Source: Sphingobacteriia bacterium (GTDB lineage Bacteria; Bacteroidota; Bacteroidia; NS11-12g; UBA955). Taken from it: a DNA stretch of 64,000 nucleotides. Every line of letters begins with the position of its first letter. The stretch's first letter is position 1. The stretch is from the NCBI GenBank assembly GCA_021151535.1, contig JAGKXC010000007.1:8434-72433 (forward strand), in the 5' to 3' direction. Positions 9,489-18,213 of this stretch are shown here, in pieces. Both the position numbers and the translations under genes were made by a program. The notes beneath the pieces are model-generated. The model saw only the letters and a list, made by a program, of their open reading frames with translations. It searched no databases and was not told the origin of the DNA.

Positions 9489-10331
9489 TTATTCGTAGGA
9501 GTAGAATCCGATTTTGGTTTTTTGGCCATGATGTCCGGCATCTACTTTTTGTTTTTGGATGCGAGAAGGTCGGAATTTTGGATCGCCATGAAACTGCTGG
9601 TACATGGAAGAGGTTACCGAGAAGTTGGTATCTACTCCAATGAGATCCATGAGTTTGAATGCACCCATTTTGAAACCAGAGGCTTGCAATAGATTATCGA
9701 TTTGTGGTATATCTGCTACATTTTCCTCAAGAATTTTGAGTGATTCCACGTAATAGTGGCGAGCAACTCGGTTAACAATAAACCCAGGGGCATCGGCGGC
9801 GTAAACACAAGTTTTTCCAAGGGAAGTAGCCCAATCAAAACACGTTTTTGCATATTCGGGACTGGTTGCAGCACCGTTGATAATTTCAACCAATTTCATG
9901 ATATGGGCGGGGTTGAAAAAATGCACACCAACAACGCGTTCTGGATGTTGGAGTTTGGCAGCAATTTGGGTAATTGGGATAGAAGAAGTATTGGTTGCGA
10001 GGATGGTTGTAGGTGAATTTATGGTTTCTAAAAATCCGAACAATTCCTGTTTGATGGGAAGCTGTTCTAGAACTGCTTCTATTATGATATTGGCTTTGAG
10101 GTGATTACGATCGCTGGTTGTAGAAAGTAATTGCAAGGCTGCTGCCGCTTTTTCTTCAGTTGTTTTTCCTTTTTCTACGGCGATGGCCAATTGTTTTTCA
10201 ATGTATTTGGTGCCTTTTTCCAAAGACGCATCGTTGATATCAAAAAGTAAGGTAGGGTAACCAGATTGAATGGAACAAAGTGCGATACCTGATCCCATTA
10301 CACCGGCGCCAGCAACAGCAACTGTAAGCAT
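9489..10331 (-). CDS. hbd: 3-hydroxyacyl-CoA / 3-hydroxybutyryl-CoA dehydrogenase
   Basis: Rossmann motif VAVAGAGVMGSGIA, plus the 3HCDH-like blocks FFNPAHIMKLVEII and PGFIVNRV. Confidence 0.85.
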   Translation of the reverse strand: MLTVAVAGAGVMGSGIALCSIQSGYPTLLFDINDASLEKGTKYIEKQLAIAVEKGKTTEEKAAAALQLLSTTSDRNHLKANIIIEAVLEQLPIKQELFGFLETINSPTTILATNTSSIPITQIAAKLQHPERVVGVHFFNPAHIMKLVEIINGAATSPEYAKTCFDWATSLGKTCVYAADAPGFIVNRVARHYYVESLKILEENVADIPQIDNLLQASGFKMGAFKLMDLIGVDTNFSVTSSMYQQFHGDPKFRPSRIQKQKVDAGHHGQKTKIGFYSYE

Positions 10332-10373
10332 AATACAAATATAAGAATTAAGGTGAAGCTTTCTATTGGGGCG

Positions 10374-11660
10374 TTATTTACCGCGAAGCCAATTTTGCGG
10401 ATTTTGCTTCTCTTGTCCGTGCCAAACTTGGAAATTGAGGATGGCTTTGCCTTCTTCATCGGTCATTAATTTACCAATGTGTTGGCCCATGCGGAGTACT
10501 TGTCCTTTTTCAATAAATACCATCGACATGCGGGAATACACGGTGAAGTATTCTCCGTGGTTTAAGATTACAGCAATTCCTTGGGTAGGTATATTTAGGA
10601 TGGCGCTAACGGTTCCCTTGTAAACGGCACTTACAGCACTGCCTTTGGGGGCGGTGATATCGATACCGTTGTTTACCATTTGAATATCTTCTAGATCTGG
10701 ATGTTGGTGAATACCAAATGTTTGTGAAATATAGCCGCCTGTGGTGGGCCAAGGTAAATCGCCCTGATTTTTTGCAAAAGATCCACTGAGTGCTTTGGCT
10801 TCGGCAGAGAGAGAAGATTCATAAGAAGTGGATCCACCTTTTTTGGAATCGGAGCCTTTGCTAACTGAGGTATTGCGTTTTGGGCGTGATAATTCGCGTT
10901 GGATAATACGGTTGATTTCAGAATTTAATCTGGCAACTGCTTTTTCGTTTTCACGAATTTTTTCACGAATTTCTTGTTCTTTGGCGGTAAGTTCTGTAAC
11001 TAATTTTTGTTTTTCCTTTTTATCGGATTCTAACTCACGGGATTCGCTTTCATTTTCTTTTAACAGTACGGTTTTCTCCGTTTTTGTGCCTTCGAGGATG
11101 GTAATTGTTTGTTGTAATTTGGCTGCTTGTGCTCGAATTACAGCAATTTGGTGTTTGCGGTAGGTTGAGATTTTTCTTAAATATGTCCACCGGCGCATGG
11201 CTTCAGAAAAAGAGCGGGAAGAGAGAACAAACGCAATTTCTTTTCCGTTTTTGCGCGATTTATAAGCCTTAATAACGGTTTTGCGGAGTTTTTCTTGCTG
11301 TTTTCTGTACTCTTTTGTGAGTGAATCGAGATAAACGGCGTTAAAGGTGATTTCGTTGTTAACGGAAGTGATAGCTGTAGCCAAATCGTTAATAACTTCT
11401 TGACGTTGTTCGATGATTTGGTTTAGCGTATTGAGGTTGTGTAGGGTAGCGCTTTTTTCTTTTTGGGTATTTTTAAGAATTCGCTTTTGTTCCGCGATTT
11501 CTTTTTGCATACGCTTTCTTTTGGCCTCTAATTGTTTTCTGTTTTGTGCGTTTGTATCACCTAAGTAACTGAAAGTAAATACAATAAGTAGAAATGCGCC
11601 AATGAGGTGCCTAAGGCTAATTTGCCTATTAGGTTGGTTATTTTTTGGGTGTTGCCACAT
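10374..11660 (-). CDS. peptidoglycan DD-metalloendopeptidase family protein (EnvC-like, coiled coil plus M23 domain)
   Basis: Signal peptide, long K/E-rich coiled-coil region, then C-terminal M23 domain (GIDITAPKGSAV...ILNHGEYFTVY). Confidence 0.85.
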   Translation of the reverse strand: MWQHPKNNQPNRQISLRHLIGAFLLIVFTFSYLGDTNAQNRKQLEAKRKRMQKEIAEQKRILKNTQKEKSATLHNLNTLNQIIEQRQEVINDLATAITSVNNEITFNAVYLDSLTKEYRKQQEKLRKTVIKAYKSRKNGKEIAFVLSSRSFSEAMRRWTYLRKISTYRKHQIAVIRAQAAKLQQTITILEGTKTEKTVLLKENESESRELESDKKEKQKLVTELTAKEQEIREKIRENEKAVARLNSEINRIIQRELSRPKRNTSVSKGSDSKKGGSTSYESSLSAEAKALSGSFAKNQGDLPWPTTGGYISQTFGIHQHPDLEDIQMVNNGIDITAPKGSAVSAVYKGTVSAILNIPTQGIAVILNHGEYFTVYSRMSMVFIEKGQVLRMGQHIGKLMTDEEGKAILNFQVWHGQEKQNPQNWLRGK

Positions 11661-12477
11661 TGGTTACAATAGTATACTCGTTACTTACAACGAATGGATA
11701 CGAAGGTATACTATCAAATCTTGCAGTTTTTAACGAAAAATCTAACTGTGCATTTTTCTCGGCATCTTTCATAATTAAGTTGATGAGAGTAGGCACATTG
11801 ATATTCTCTTGCTTTTGGTAACTGCTGTTGTTTATAACGAAAGATTGCTTGGGGTTTATGCTTGATATAATAGAGCTTTTTACCACTTCGTTGGTTTTGG
11901 GAACAACGGCAGTAAATACTGCATAATCTGTATTTTGAATGGGTGTAATATAGATGGATTTGTTGGGATCTACTTTGCCTGGGATTTCAATAATTGAACC
12001 TGAATCTACCAAGGGATGTCCCATGAAAGTAGCTTGTAATTTTTGCAAATCCAATTTGGTTCCAAGTAGGTTTGCCAATTGGGAAACAGGGATATAGTAA
12101 TAGGTTTTATTGTATAGGTCGAGGATTTTCGCAGTATCGTTTGTGATAAGACCTTTTGCTACTTGAATACCAATACTGGGAATGGAAACAGAGAACCACA
12201 TGATCGAATCGCGTTTCATGCGTAGAGAGAAATTTAGGGTCATTTTGTTATCGCCCAAATCGGCGTCGAGTTCATATCGCCCGGTAAAAAACTTCCAATC
12301 TGGGTTGGAAATGGCGATGGGAGAAAGCGGTCCGTTATTAGGATTTCTGGCAATCGACGCTGAAGTTGAAGCTGGATCTAATGGCGAATCCACTTGGGCT
12401 TGCGCTGAATTTGCGAATAAAGCAGCGAGTAAAAATGCGAGTTTGATATATTTTTTAATGTAACGATTGGGGTTCAT
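11638..12477 (-). CDS. DUF4292-like secreted protein (conserved partner of the M23 peptidase and TPR protein)
   Basis: Signal peptide MNPNRYIKKYIKLAFLLAALFANSAQAQ; gene order matches the TPR/DUF4292/M23 triad I recall in Bacteroidota. Confidence 0.45.
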   Translation of the reverse strand: MNPNRYIKKYIKLAFLLAALFANSAQAQVDSPLDPASTSASIARNPNNGPLSPIAISNPDWKFFTGRYELDADLGDNKMTLNFSLRMKRDSIMWFSVSIPSIGIQVAKGLITNDTAKILDLYNKTYYYIPVSQLANLLGTKLDLQKLQATFMGHPLVDSGSIIEIPGKVDPNKSIYITPIQNTDYAVFTAVVPKTNEVVKSSIISSINPKQSFVINNSSYQKQENINVPTLINLIMKDAEKNAQLDFSLKTARFDSIPSYPFVVSNEYTIVTNVATPKK

Positions 12478-12488
12478 TTTTTTAGGAA

Positions 12489-13820
12489 TTATTTGGATGG
12501 GGTTGTCAATTCTGATGCCAACTTTTTATAGGCGGCAATCTTTTCTTTTTGTTTATCGCTGTTGGGCGTATGGTTTTTATAGGTATTCAGGGCGATGGGA
12601 ATGATGCTGGGGTGCACTGATTGACTTTTTTCGATATTCAGTTGGAGCACATTCACAACGCGGTTAAAATCTTTTTGCTGGTATGCGATTAAAACGATGA
12701 GATGGTTGTAAAAATTGCCCACTGTAAAATTTCTAATGGATTTTCCTTGTTGTTGAATGAGCATTTGGGCTTTTGATAAATCGTTATTGAGGATGGCTTC
12801 GTTTACGATTTTAAGTGTATCCCAATTGAAGAATGGAAAATCTTCTTCTAATTGAGTAAGTGCGATTTTGGCATATTTTGCAAAACCCGGATCTTCTTTT
12901 GTGGATTTTGCCAAAAGGAATTTATTGGCGGTATCGGTGATTAGGAAGTTTTCTAAAGAAAACAAGTATGGACTAAAAATTCCTTGAAGATCATCATTGG
13001 GTAGCAAGTAGTTAAGCGCTTTTGGATCTTCGGGTGAGGCAGGTGTTTCCGCTTCTGTATCTACTGTTTCTTTTTGGGAATGGGTATTTTCGGCTGCTTG
13101 GGTTGGGCCGTAAAGTTGTTGGTATCTTACAAGAATGGAATCTGCCTTTGCCTGGTTGTTATTGGCAATATTGGCGAAATAATACATGCGGTAGCTGTTG
13201 GCGTTTTCTCCAAACTGTTTTGTATAAAAATTGGCCAAGTACGTAAGCGAATCTGCCAAGTAATGATTTTGTTCATTCAATGGCATGGGGGTGTTCCTCA
13301 ACTGTGTTTCAAGTAGTTGATATGTAGTTAGATAAATTGATAAACTCCGCGGTTGTAAACGGATGCATTGTAGATATTGGTGCAATGCTAGTTGTGGTTT
13401 AGAGTTGGCAATTTGCTCTGCAAAATAGATGCGATAATGTACATTATTGGGATCAATGGCGATGGCTTTTTGGATATAATCTTGTATAAGAAATATATCT
13501 TGTGTTTGTGTTTTTGCTAACCGAGCCAATTGATAATATGCGGGTGCGGTATTGGGAAATTCGACGAGAATTTTGGTAAAAGCAGCAACGGCCGTAGCTG
13601 GATCCTCAATGGCCATCGCCTCTAAAAATGATTTGCGCAATTTTAGGTTAGCGGGTAATAGCGTGCTATGTTCTTCTTCGGGTGCTGCCGTTTCGTTTTG
13701 ATTGGGCGCGGTAATTTTATCTTGAGCGCTGAGTATGGAAACGGGCGATACATTGCATAGAAAAATCAGCAGAGCCAGCCAAAAAGTTCTGTTTTGATGG
13801 GGTTGCAAGGGTTGTTTCAC
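12489..13820 (-). CDS. tetratricopeptide-repeat protein
   Basis: Helical repeat-rich sequence. The ORF track extends it to 13973, overlapping the upstream gene; a GTG at 13820 gives MKQPLQPHQNRTFWLALLIFLCNVSPVSILSAQ, a plausible signal peptide with no overlap. Confidence 0.55.
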   Translation of the reverse strand: MKQPLQPHQNRTFWLALLIFLCNVSPVSILSAQDKITAPNQNETAAPEEEHSTLLPANLKLRKSFLEAMAIEDPATAVAAFTKILVEFPNTAPAYYQLARLAKTQTQDIFLIQDYIQKAIAIDPNNVHYRIYFAEQIANSKPQLALHQYLQCIRLQPRSLSIYLTTYQLLETQLRNTPMPLNEQNHYLADSLTYLANFYTKQFGENANSYRMYYFANIANNNQAKADSILVRYQQLYGPTQAAENTHSQKETVDTEAETPASPEDPKALNYLLPNDDLQGIFSPYLFSLENFLITDTANKFLLAKSTKEDPGFAKYAKIALTQLEEDFPFFNWDTLKIVNEAILNNDLSKAQMLIQQQGKSIRNFTVGNFYNHLIVLIAYQQKDFNRVVNVLQLNIEKSQSVHPSIIPIALNTYKNHTPNSDKQKEKIAAYKKLASELTTPSK

Positions 13821-13861
13821 CCAATTCTGTTGATAGACTTGCTTGAGGATTTCGCTTGATT

Positions 13862-14873
13862 TTAAGCGCCAATAGAAGAAAAATCGCTTAAGGAATACTC
13901 CATACTTTCTCCGTTGATGGAAACTGAATTTCCGATCATGGAGTTTTTGCAATTGAAGTTTTGGATGTGGCAATTTTCTTGAATAATTGTGTTGGCGATG
14001 GTTGCGTTTTCTACTTTGCTATTGCTGCCTATAGAGGTATGAGGCCCAATGGTGCAGTTTTTCAAAGATACATTTTCACCGATAAAACAAGGATGTATGA
14101 TGGTTACATTTTCGCCAAATGAAGCTGCATCCTTGTTAAACAAATGTGATTTGTTTTCAAGAACACGCTGGTTGGTGAACACTGTAGCGGCATAATTTCC
14201 GCAGTCGAGCCATTCATCTACCGCTCCAGGAACAAACTGCATGCCTTTGTTTTTCATGTTTTCCATGGCGTTGGTAAGTTGGTACTCACCTTTTTCACGG
14301 AGGTTATTATCGATTAAATATTGCAATTCGCTCTCAAGGGTTTCACCACTTTTGAAGTAGTAAATACCGATAATAGCAAGGTCAGAAACGAATTCAGATG
14401 GTTTTTCTACGAAATCAGTAATAATGTTGTTGGCATCGTATTTAACTACCCCAAAAGAACTTGGGTTATCTACTTTATGCACCCAAATTACGCCATCTTT
14501 GGTTTTGTCTAAATTGAAATTGGTTCTAAACAAGGTATCTGCGAAAGCCACAATTACTTCACCTTTCAAGCATTCGCGGGCGCAAAGGATGGCGTGGCCA
14601 GTACCTTCGGCAGTTTCTTGGTAAAAGATTTTGCCTTTGGCACCTACTGATTCAGCGATTTGGATTAATTCTTTTTCAACGGCTTCACCAAAGTGACCAA
14701 CCACAAAACCAATTTCATCGATTTCATCGCCACAAACGGCAGCGATATCTTCGATTAACCAATTAACGATAGATTTGCCAGCTACTTTTATCAAGGGTTT
14801 TGGAGTGGTAAGGGTGTGAGGGCGCATGCGCTTTCCCATACCGGCCATTGGAATGATTAATTTCATGAAAAAA
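13862..14873 (-). CDS. sugar-phosphate nucleotidyltransferase with C-terminal left-handed beta-helix (GlmU/RmlA-like)
   Basis: MKLIIPMAGMGKRMRP...KPLI nucleotidyltransferase N-terminus; hexapeptide-repeat C-terminus; start moved to ATG 14873 instead of the ORF-track extension to 14956. Confidence 0.75.
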
Positions 14874-14973
14874 TAAAATTTGGTTACTGAAAGTTGCAAA
14901 GATACAAAACCTAAATGAAATCTATGTTTTTGGGGTGTTAGGAAGGGGTTAGGCAAATATGAATGGAGAATGG

Positions 14974-15414
14974 CTATGGTTTTACTCCGGTAGAGCCGTA
15001 ACCGCCTGAACCTCGTTCGGTTTCTGATAATTCATCTGTTTGAATCCAAGTTGCGGTTTCATGTTTGGCAATAATCATTTGTGCGATTCTTTCGCCAGAT
15101 TGAATTTCAAAGGCTTGGTTTCCATGGTTAATGAGTAGCACTTTGATTTCACCGCGGTAATCTGCGTCGATGGTACCAGGGCTGTTTAAAACAGTGATTC
15201 CGTGTTTATATGCAAGGCCGCTTCTGGGGCGAATTTGCGCTTCATAACCCGTTGGCAGCTCAATGAAAAGTCCAGTAGGTATAAGGGTTCTTTCGCCCGG
15301 GGCGATAGAAACGGGATTTTCTAAAAAAGCATGAATATCCATCCCTGCCGATTGTGCAGTTTGGTAATGCGGCAGTGGGTGGTTGGATTGGTTGATGATG
15401 CGAATATTAACCAT
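14974..15414 (-). CDS. dut: dUTP diphosphatase
   Basis: dUTPase motifs [24 protein letters not shown]. Confidence 0.9.
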   Translation of the reverse strand: MVNIRIINQSNHPLPHYQTAQSAGMDIHAFLENPVSIAPGERTLIPTGLFIELPTGYEAQIRPRSGLAYKHGITVLNSPGTIDADYRGEIKVLLINHGNQAFEIQSGERIAQMIIAKHETATWIQTDELSETERGSGGYGSTGVKP

Positions 15415-16930
15415 TGAATTTTGACGGTTGGGTTTTTTCGTTTACGAATATGGCAAAAACGAAAATGATTAAGCTAATGAATCTTGCCAAAGCTATGGAG
15501 ATTGGCAGTTGAATATCGGGATTATAATACAGCCAAGTTACAGGGAAGGCAGCGATGAATAAAATGGCGAGTAGCCTAAAAACTTTGTAAGGAACGGGGT
15601 AGAATTTCTGACCTGTAAAATAAGATATTACTACCATGGAGGCGTAAGCGAAGAGTGTTGTATAAGCAGAAGCCACAAATCCATATTTTGGGATTCCCCA
15701 ATAATTTCCGGCGATGGTAATTACGGCGCCGGTTGTTGCTACGATGGCGCCCATGGTGGTATTTCCAGAAAGTTTGTACCAAATAGAGAGGTTGTAATAA
15801 ATACCTAGGCAGAGGTTGGCGAGCAACAAAACGGGAATGATATGTAATCCATCTACATTTTGGTAGTAGATGGGTTTTCTGAGTAACAGCGGTGCCAGGT
15901 AGGGCATAATTGCTAGCGTGAAAACATAGATTCCGCCTACTGCGTAGATGAAGTATTTCATGACATAGGCGTAGGTATGCGGAGCGTCTCTATCGCCCGA
16001 TTTACTAAAGAAAAATGGTTCTGCCGCGAATTTAAACGCTTGGATGAACAGGGTTAAAACGAGGCTTAGTTTATAAAATGCGCCGTAGATTCCGGTTTGG
16101 GTATCGGCGATGGATTCTGGTAGTAAATGTTTGAGAAATAATCGATCCAACGTTTCATTGATCATGCCGGCGAGGCCAACTAGGACAAGGGGTAAGGAAT
16201 ATGCAAAAATGGATTTTAACAGGGCGATATCGAGACCGGCTTTGAGGTTTTTCCACACGTTTCCGAACAAAAATAGGGTGATAACCGAAGCGATTAAATT
16301 GGACAGGAAGATATTGGCCACCATTTGGGTGGGTTGGGTATTATACTGTAACCACTGTATCCATGCGCTGGGATTTTGCATGGCGATTGGGTTGGCTAAT
16401 TCTTGTTGAAGTAAGTAAGGGCAAAGCAGCAAGAAAAACAGATTTGCCAAGATATTAATGAGGATATTGGCAATGCGGATGGCTGCAAATTTCCAAGCTT
16501 GATTTTGCTGCCTTAGCCAAGCAAATCCCAGCGCTGAAAGGGCGTCTGTGGCGAGGATTACGGCAAACCAAGTGGCGTATTCTGGATGTTGTGGGTAGCC
16601 GATTTCGGCCATGATATTGCCTGCGAAAGTTTGGGTAAGCAGGGTAAAAATTAAACCGGTGAAGATGAGGGTAATGCTGGTTGTGGCGAAAACTTTGGTT
16701 GGGTTTTCTGTGAGTTTGGCGTACCGAAAAAATCCAGTTTCTAGGCCCAAGCTTACCACAATCGCCATAAAAGATGCGATGGTAAACATCACGCTTACCA
16801 CGCCATAATCTGCCGCAGTTTCAAGTTTTTGTAAGTACAACGGAACCAATAAGTAGTTCAAGAATCTGCCCAGCATGGTTGGAATGCCATAGATTGCTGT
16901 TTGCGATGCAAGCTTTTTTATGATACTCAT
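15407..16930 (-). CDS. MOP-superfamily polysaccharide/oligosaccharide flippase (Wzx/MurJ-like)
   Basis: 507 aa with about 14 predicted TM helices; position next to dut matches the Bacteroidota arrangement I remember. Confidence 0.7.
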   Translation of the reverse strand: MSIIKKLASQTAIYGIPTMLGRFLNYLLVPLYLQKLETAADYGVVSVMFTIASFMAIVVSLGLETGFFRYAKLTENPTKVFATTSITLIFTGLIFTLLTQTFAGNIMAEIGYPQHPEYATWFAVILATDALSALGFAWLRQQNQAWKFAAIRIANILINILANLFFLLLCPYLLQQELANPIAMQNPSAWIQWLQYNTQPTQMVANIFLSNLIASVITLFLFGNVWKNLKAGLDIALLKSIFAYSLPLVLVGLAGMINETLDRLFLKHLLPESIADTQTGIYGAFYKLSLVLTLFIQAFKFAAEPFFFSKSGDRDAPHTYAYVMKYFIYAVGGIYVFTLAIMPYLAPLLLRKPIYYQNVDGLHIIPVLLLANLCLGIYYNLSIWYKLSGNTTMGAIVATTGAVITIAGNYWGIPKYGFVASAYTTLFAYASMVVISYFTGQKFYPVPYKVFRLLAILFIAAFPVTWLYYNPDIQLPISIALARFISLIIFVFAIFVNEKTQPSKFNG

Positions 16931-17625
16931 CTGGGAGAAGGAATTTGCGATACGAAGATAGTGTTGTAGATATATTCTTTCGCTAATGGGCCAAGGTTAA
17001 ACAACAGATCGATGGCCGAAACATCTGCTCTAAACCCATATTTGTGCTCAAAAACTTGGGCGTAAGGAGGGATGATTGGTGGTCTGTTTTGTTTGGTAAT
17101 TGGCGTGGAATTATTGGGTTTAGAAGTTGGTATTGGGTTAACTTCTTGGTTGAAAGATGCGTTATTTGATGTTAAGAATTGCAGTTGTGAAGGCCATCCT
17201 AAATTTTGGTGAAGAATTGTAAGCCATTGTTTTGAAAGCGATTCTAGTGTTTCGGGTTGTTGATCAAGAACCTGAAAAAATCGATAGTCGTAGAATTCAA
17301 AAAACGCAGATTTGCCGTATGCCGATTGCAGGGCTTGTTTGTGGTCTTTTACCCATTTTTGGTTGTAATCAATTTTGGCTTCATGGAAAGGAAGTCCTCT
17401 ACTACTGTGATGAATGGGTACAGAAAGGCTTTGAATTTTATTGGGCGATGCAATTAAATAGCGGGAGTGGGCAGTTTGTTTTTCGAATTTATCGGGTGCT
17501 ATAACTTGGATTTTTTCTGCATTGTAAGCGCTCAGAATTTCACCCAAAGTAGGCAGTAAATGCATGGGTAATGCTAGGTTTTGCGTGGGGAAGTCTACTT
17601 CAAATATTTCTTGGCGTTTTAGCAT
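16927..17625 (-). CDS. WbqC-like family protein
   Basis: 232-aa soluble protein immediately downstream of the flippase; weak recollection of WbqC-family features and synteny. Confidence 0.35.
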   Translation of the reverse strand: MLKRQEIFEVDFPTQNLALPMHLLPTLGEILSAYNAEKIQVIAPDKFEKQTAHSRYLIASPNKIQSLSVPIHHSSRGLPFHEAKIDYNQKWVKDHKQALQSAYGKSAFFEFYDYRFFQVLDQQPETLESLSKQWLTILHQNLGWPSQLQFLTSNNASFNQEVNPIPTSKPNNSTPITKQNRPPIIPPYAQVFEHKYGFRADVSAIDLLFNLGPLAKEYIYNTIFVSQIPSPR

Positions 17626-17650
17626 TAGATGGATACTGTTGCGGGTGAAT

Positions 17651-18157
17651 TTACAGGGCGATAAGTTGTAGCTTTTTGGTTGGCAAAGGATCTTTAGAAT
17701 CGGCAGCTAGTTGGGCACAAGATTGATGGAATTTGGGGTGTTTCCAGTTTGGTACAATTTCAGCCAGGGGTTGTAAAACAAAATTTCTTTCTTGGATAAA
17801 CGGATGCGGAATTTGCAAATCTGGAATCTTGATTTGTAAATTTTCATAGAAAAGTATGTCGATATCGATGGTGCGCGGCCCCCATTTTTGGCTGCGGTAT
17901 CGCCCTAATAATTTTTCGATGTACAAACATTTTTGGAGTGCGGTTGCCGGACTAAATGGGGTATGAATTAATAGCACTTGATTGATGAAATCTGGCTGAT
18001 TTTCTAGGCCCCACGCGGCGGTTTGGTAGTAGGAGCTGCTTCGAACCACATCGCCCAAATGCAAGGAAATGAGGTTATATGCATCGCCCAGGAATTGCAT
18101 GGAATTCCCCATGTTAGAACCCAATCCGAGTATGAGCTGTTTGTCGATTCTTGTCAC
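17651..18157 (-). CDS. folK: 2-amino-4-hydroxy-6-hydroxymethyldihydropteridine diphosphokinase
   Basis: LGLGSNMGN and GPRTIDIDIL motifs; GTG start. Confidence 0.9.
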   Translation of the reverse strand: MTRIDKQLILGLGSNMGNSMQFLGDAYNLISLHLGDVVRSSSYYQTAAWGLENQPDFINQVLLIHTPFSPATALQKCLYIEKLLGRYRSQKWGPRTIDIDILFYENLQIKIPDLQIPHPFIQERNFVLQPLAEIVPNWKHPKFHQSCAQLAADSKDPLPTKKLQLIAL

Positions 18158-18213
18158 ACCTGCGAAGATATCTCAACTTACAATATGAATATCAATCCTT
18201 ACTTTTGCTTTTT

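Noticed and set aside
10828-11163. 111-aa plus-strand ORF
   Set aside because: Antisense to the coiled-coil region of the M23 peptidase gene.
13821-13973. 5' extension of the TPR ORF overlapping the nucleotidyltransferase gene
   Set aside because: An internal GTG at 13820 provides a proper signal peptide and removes a 112-nt same-strand overlap.
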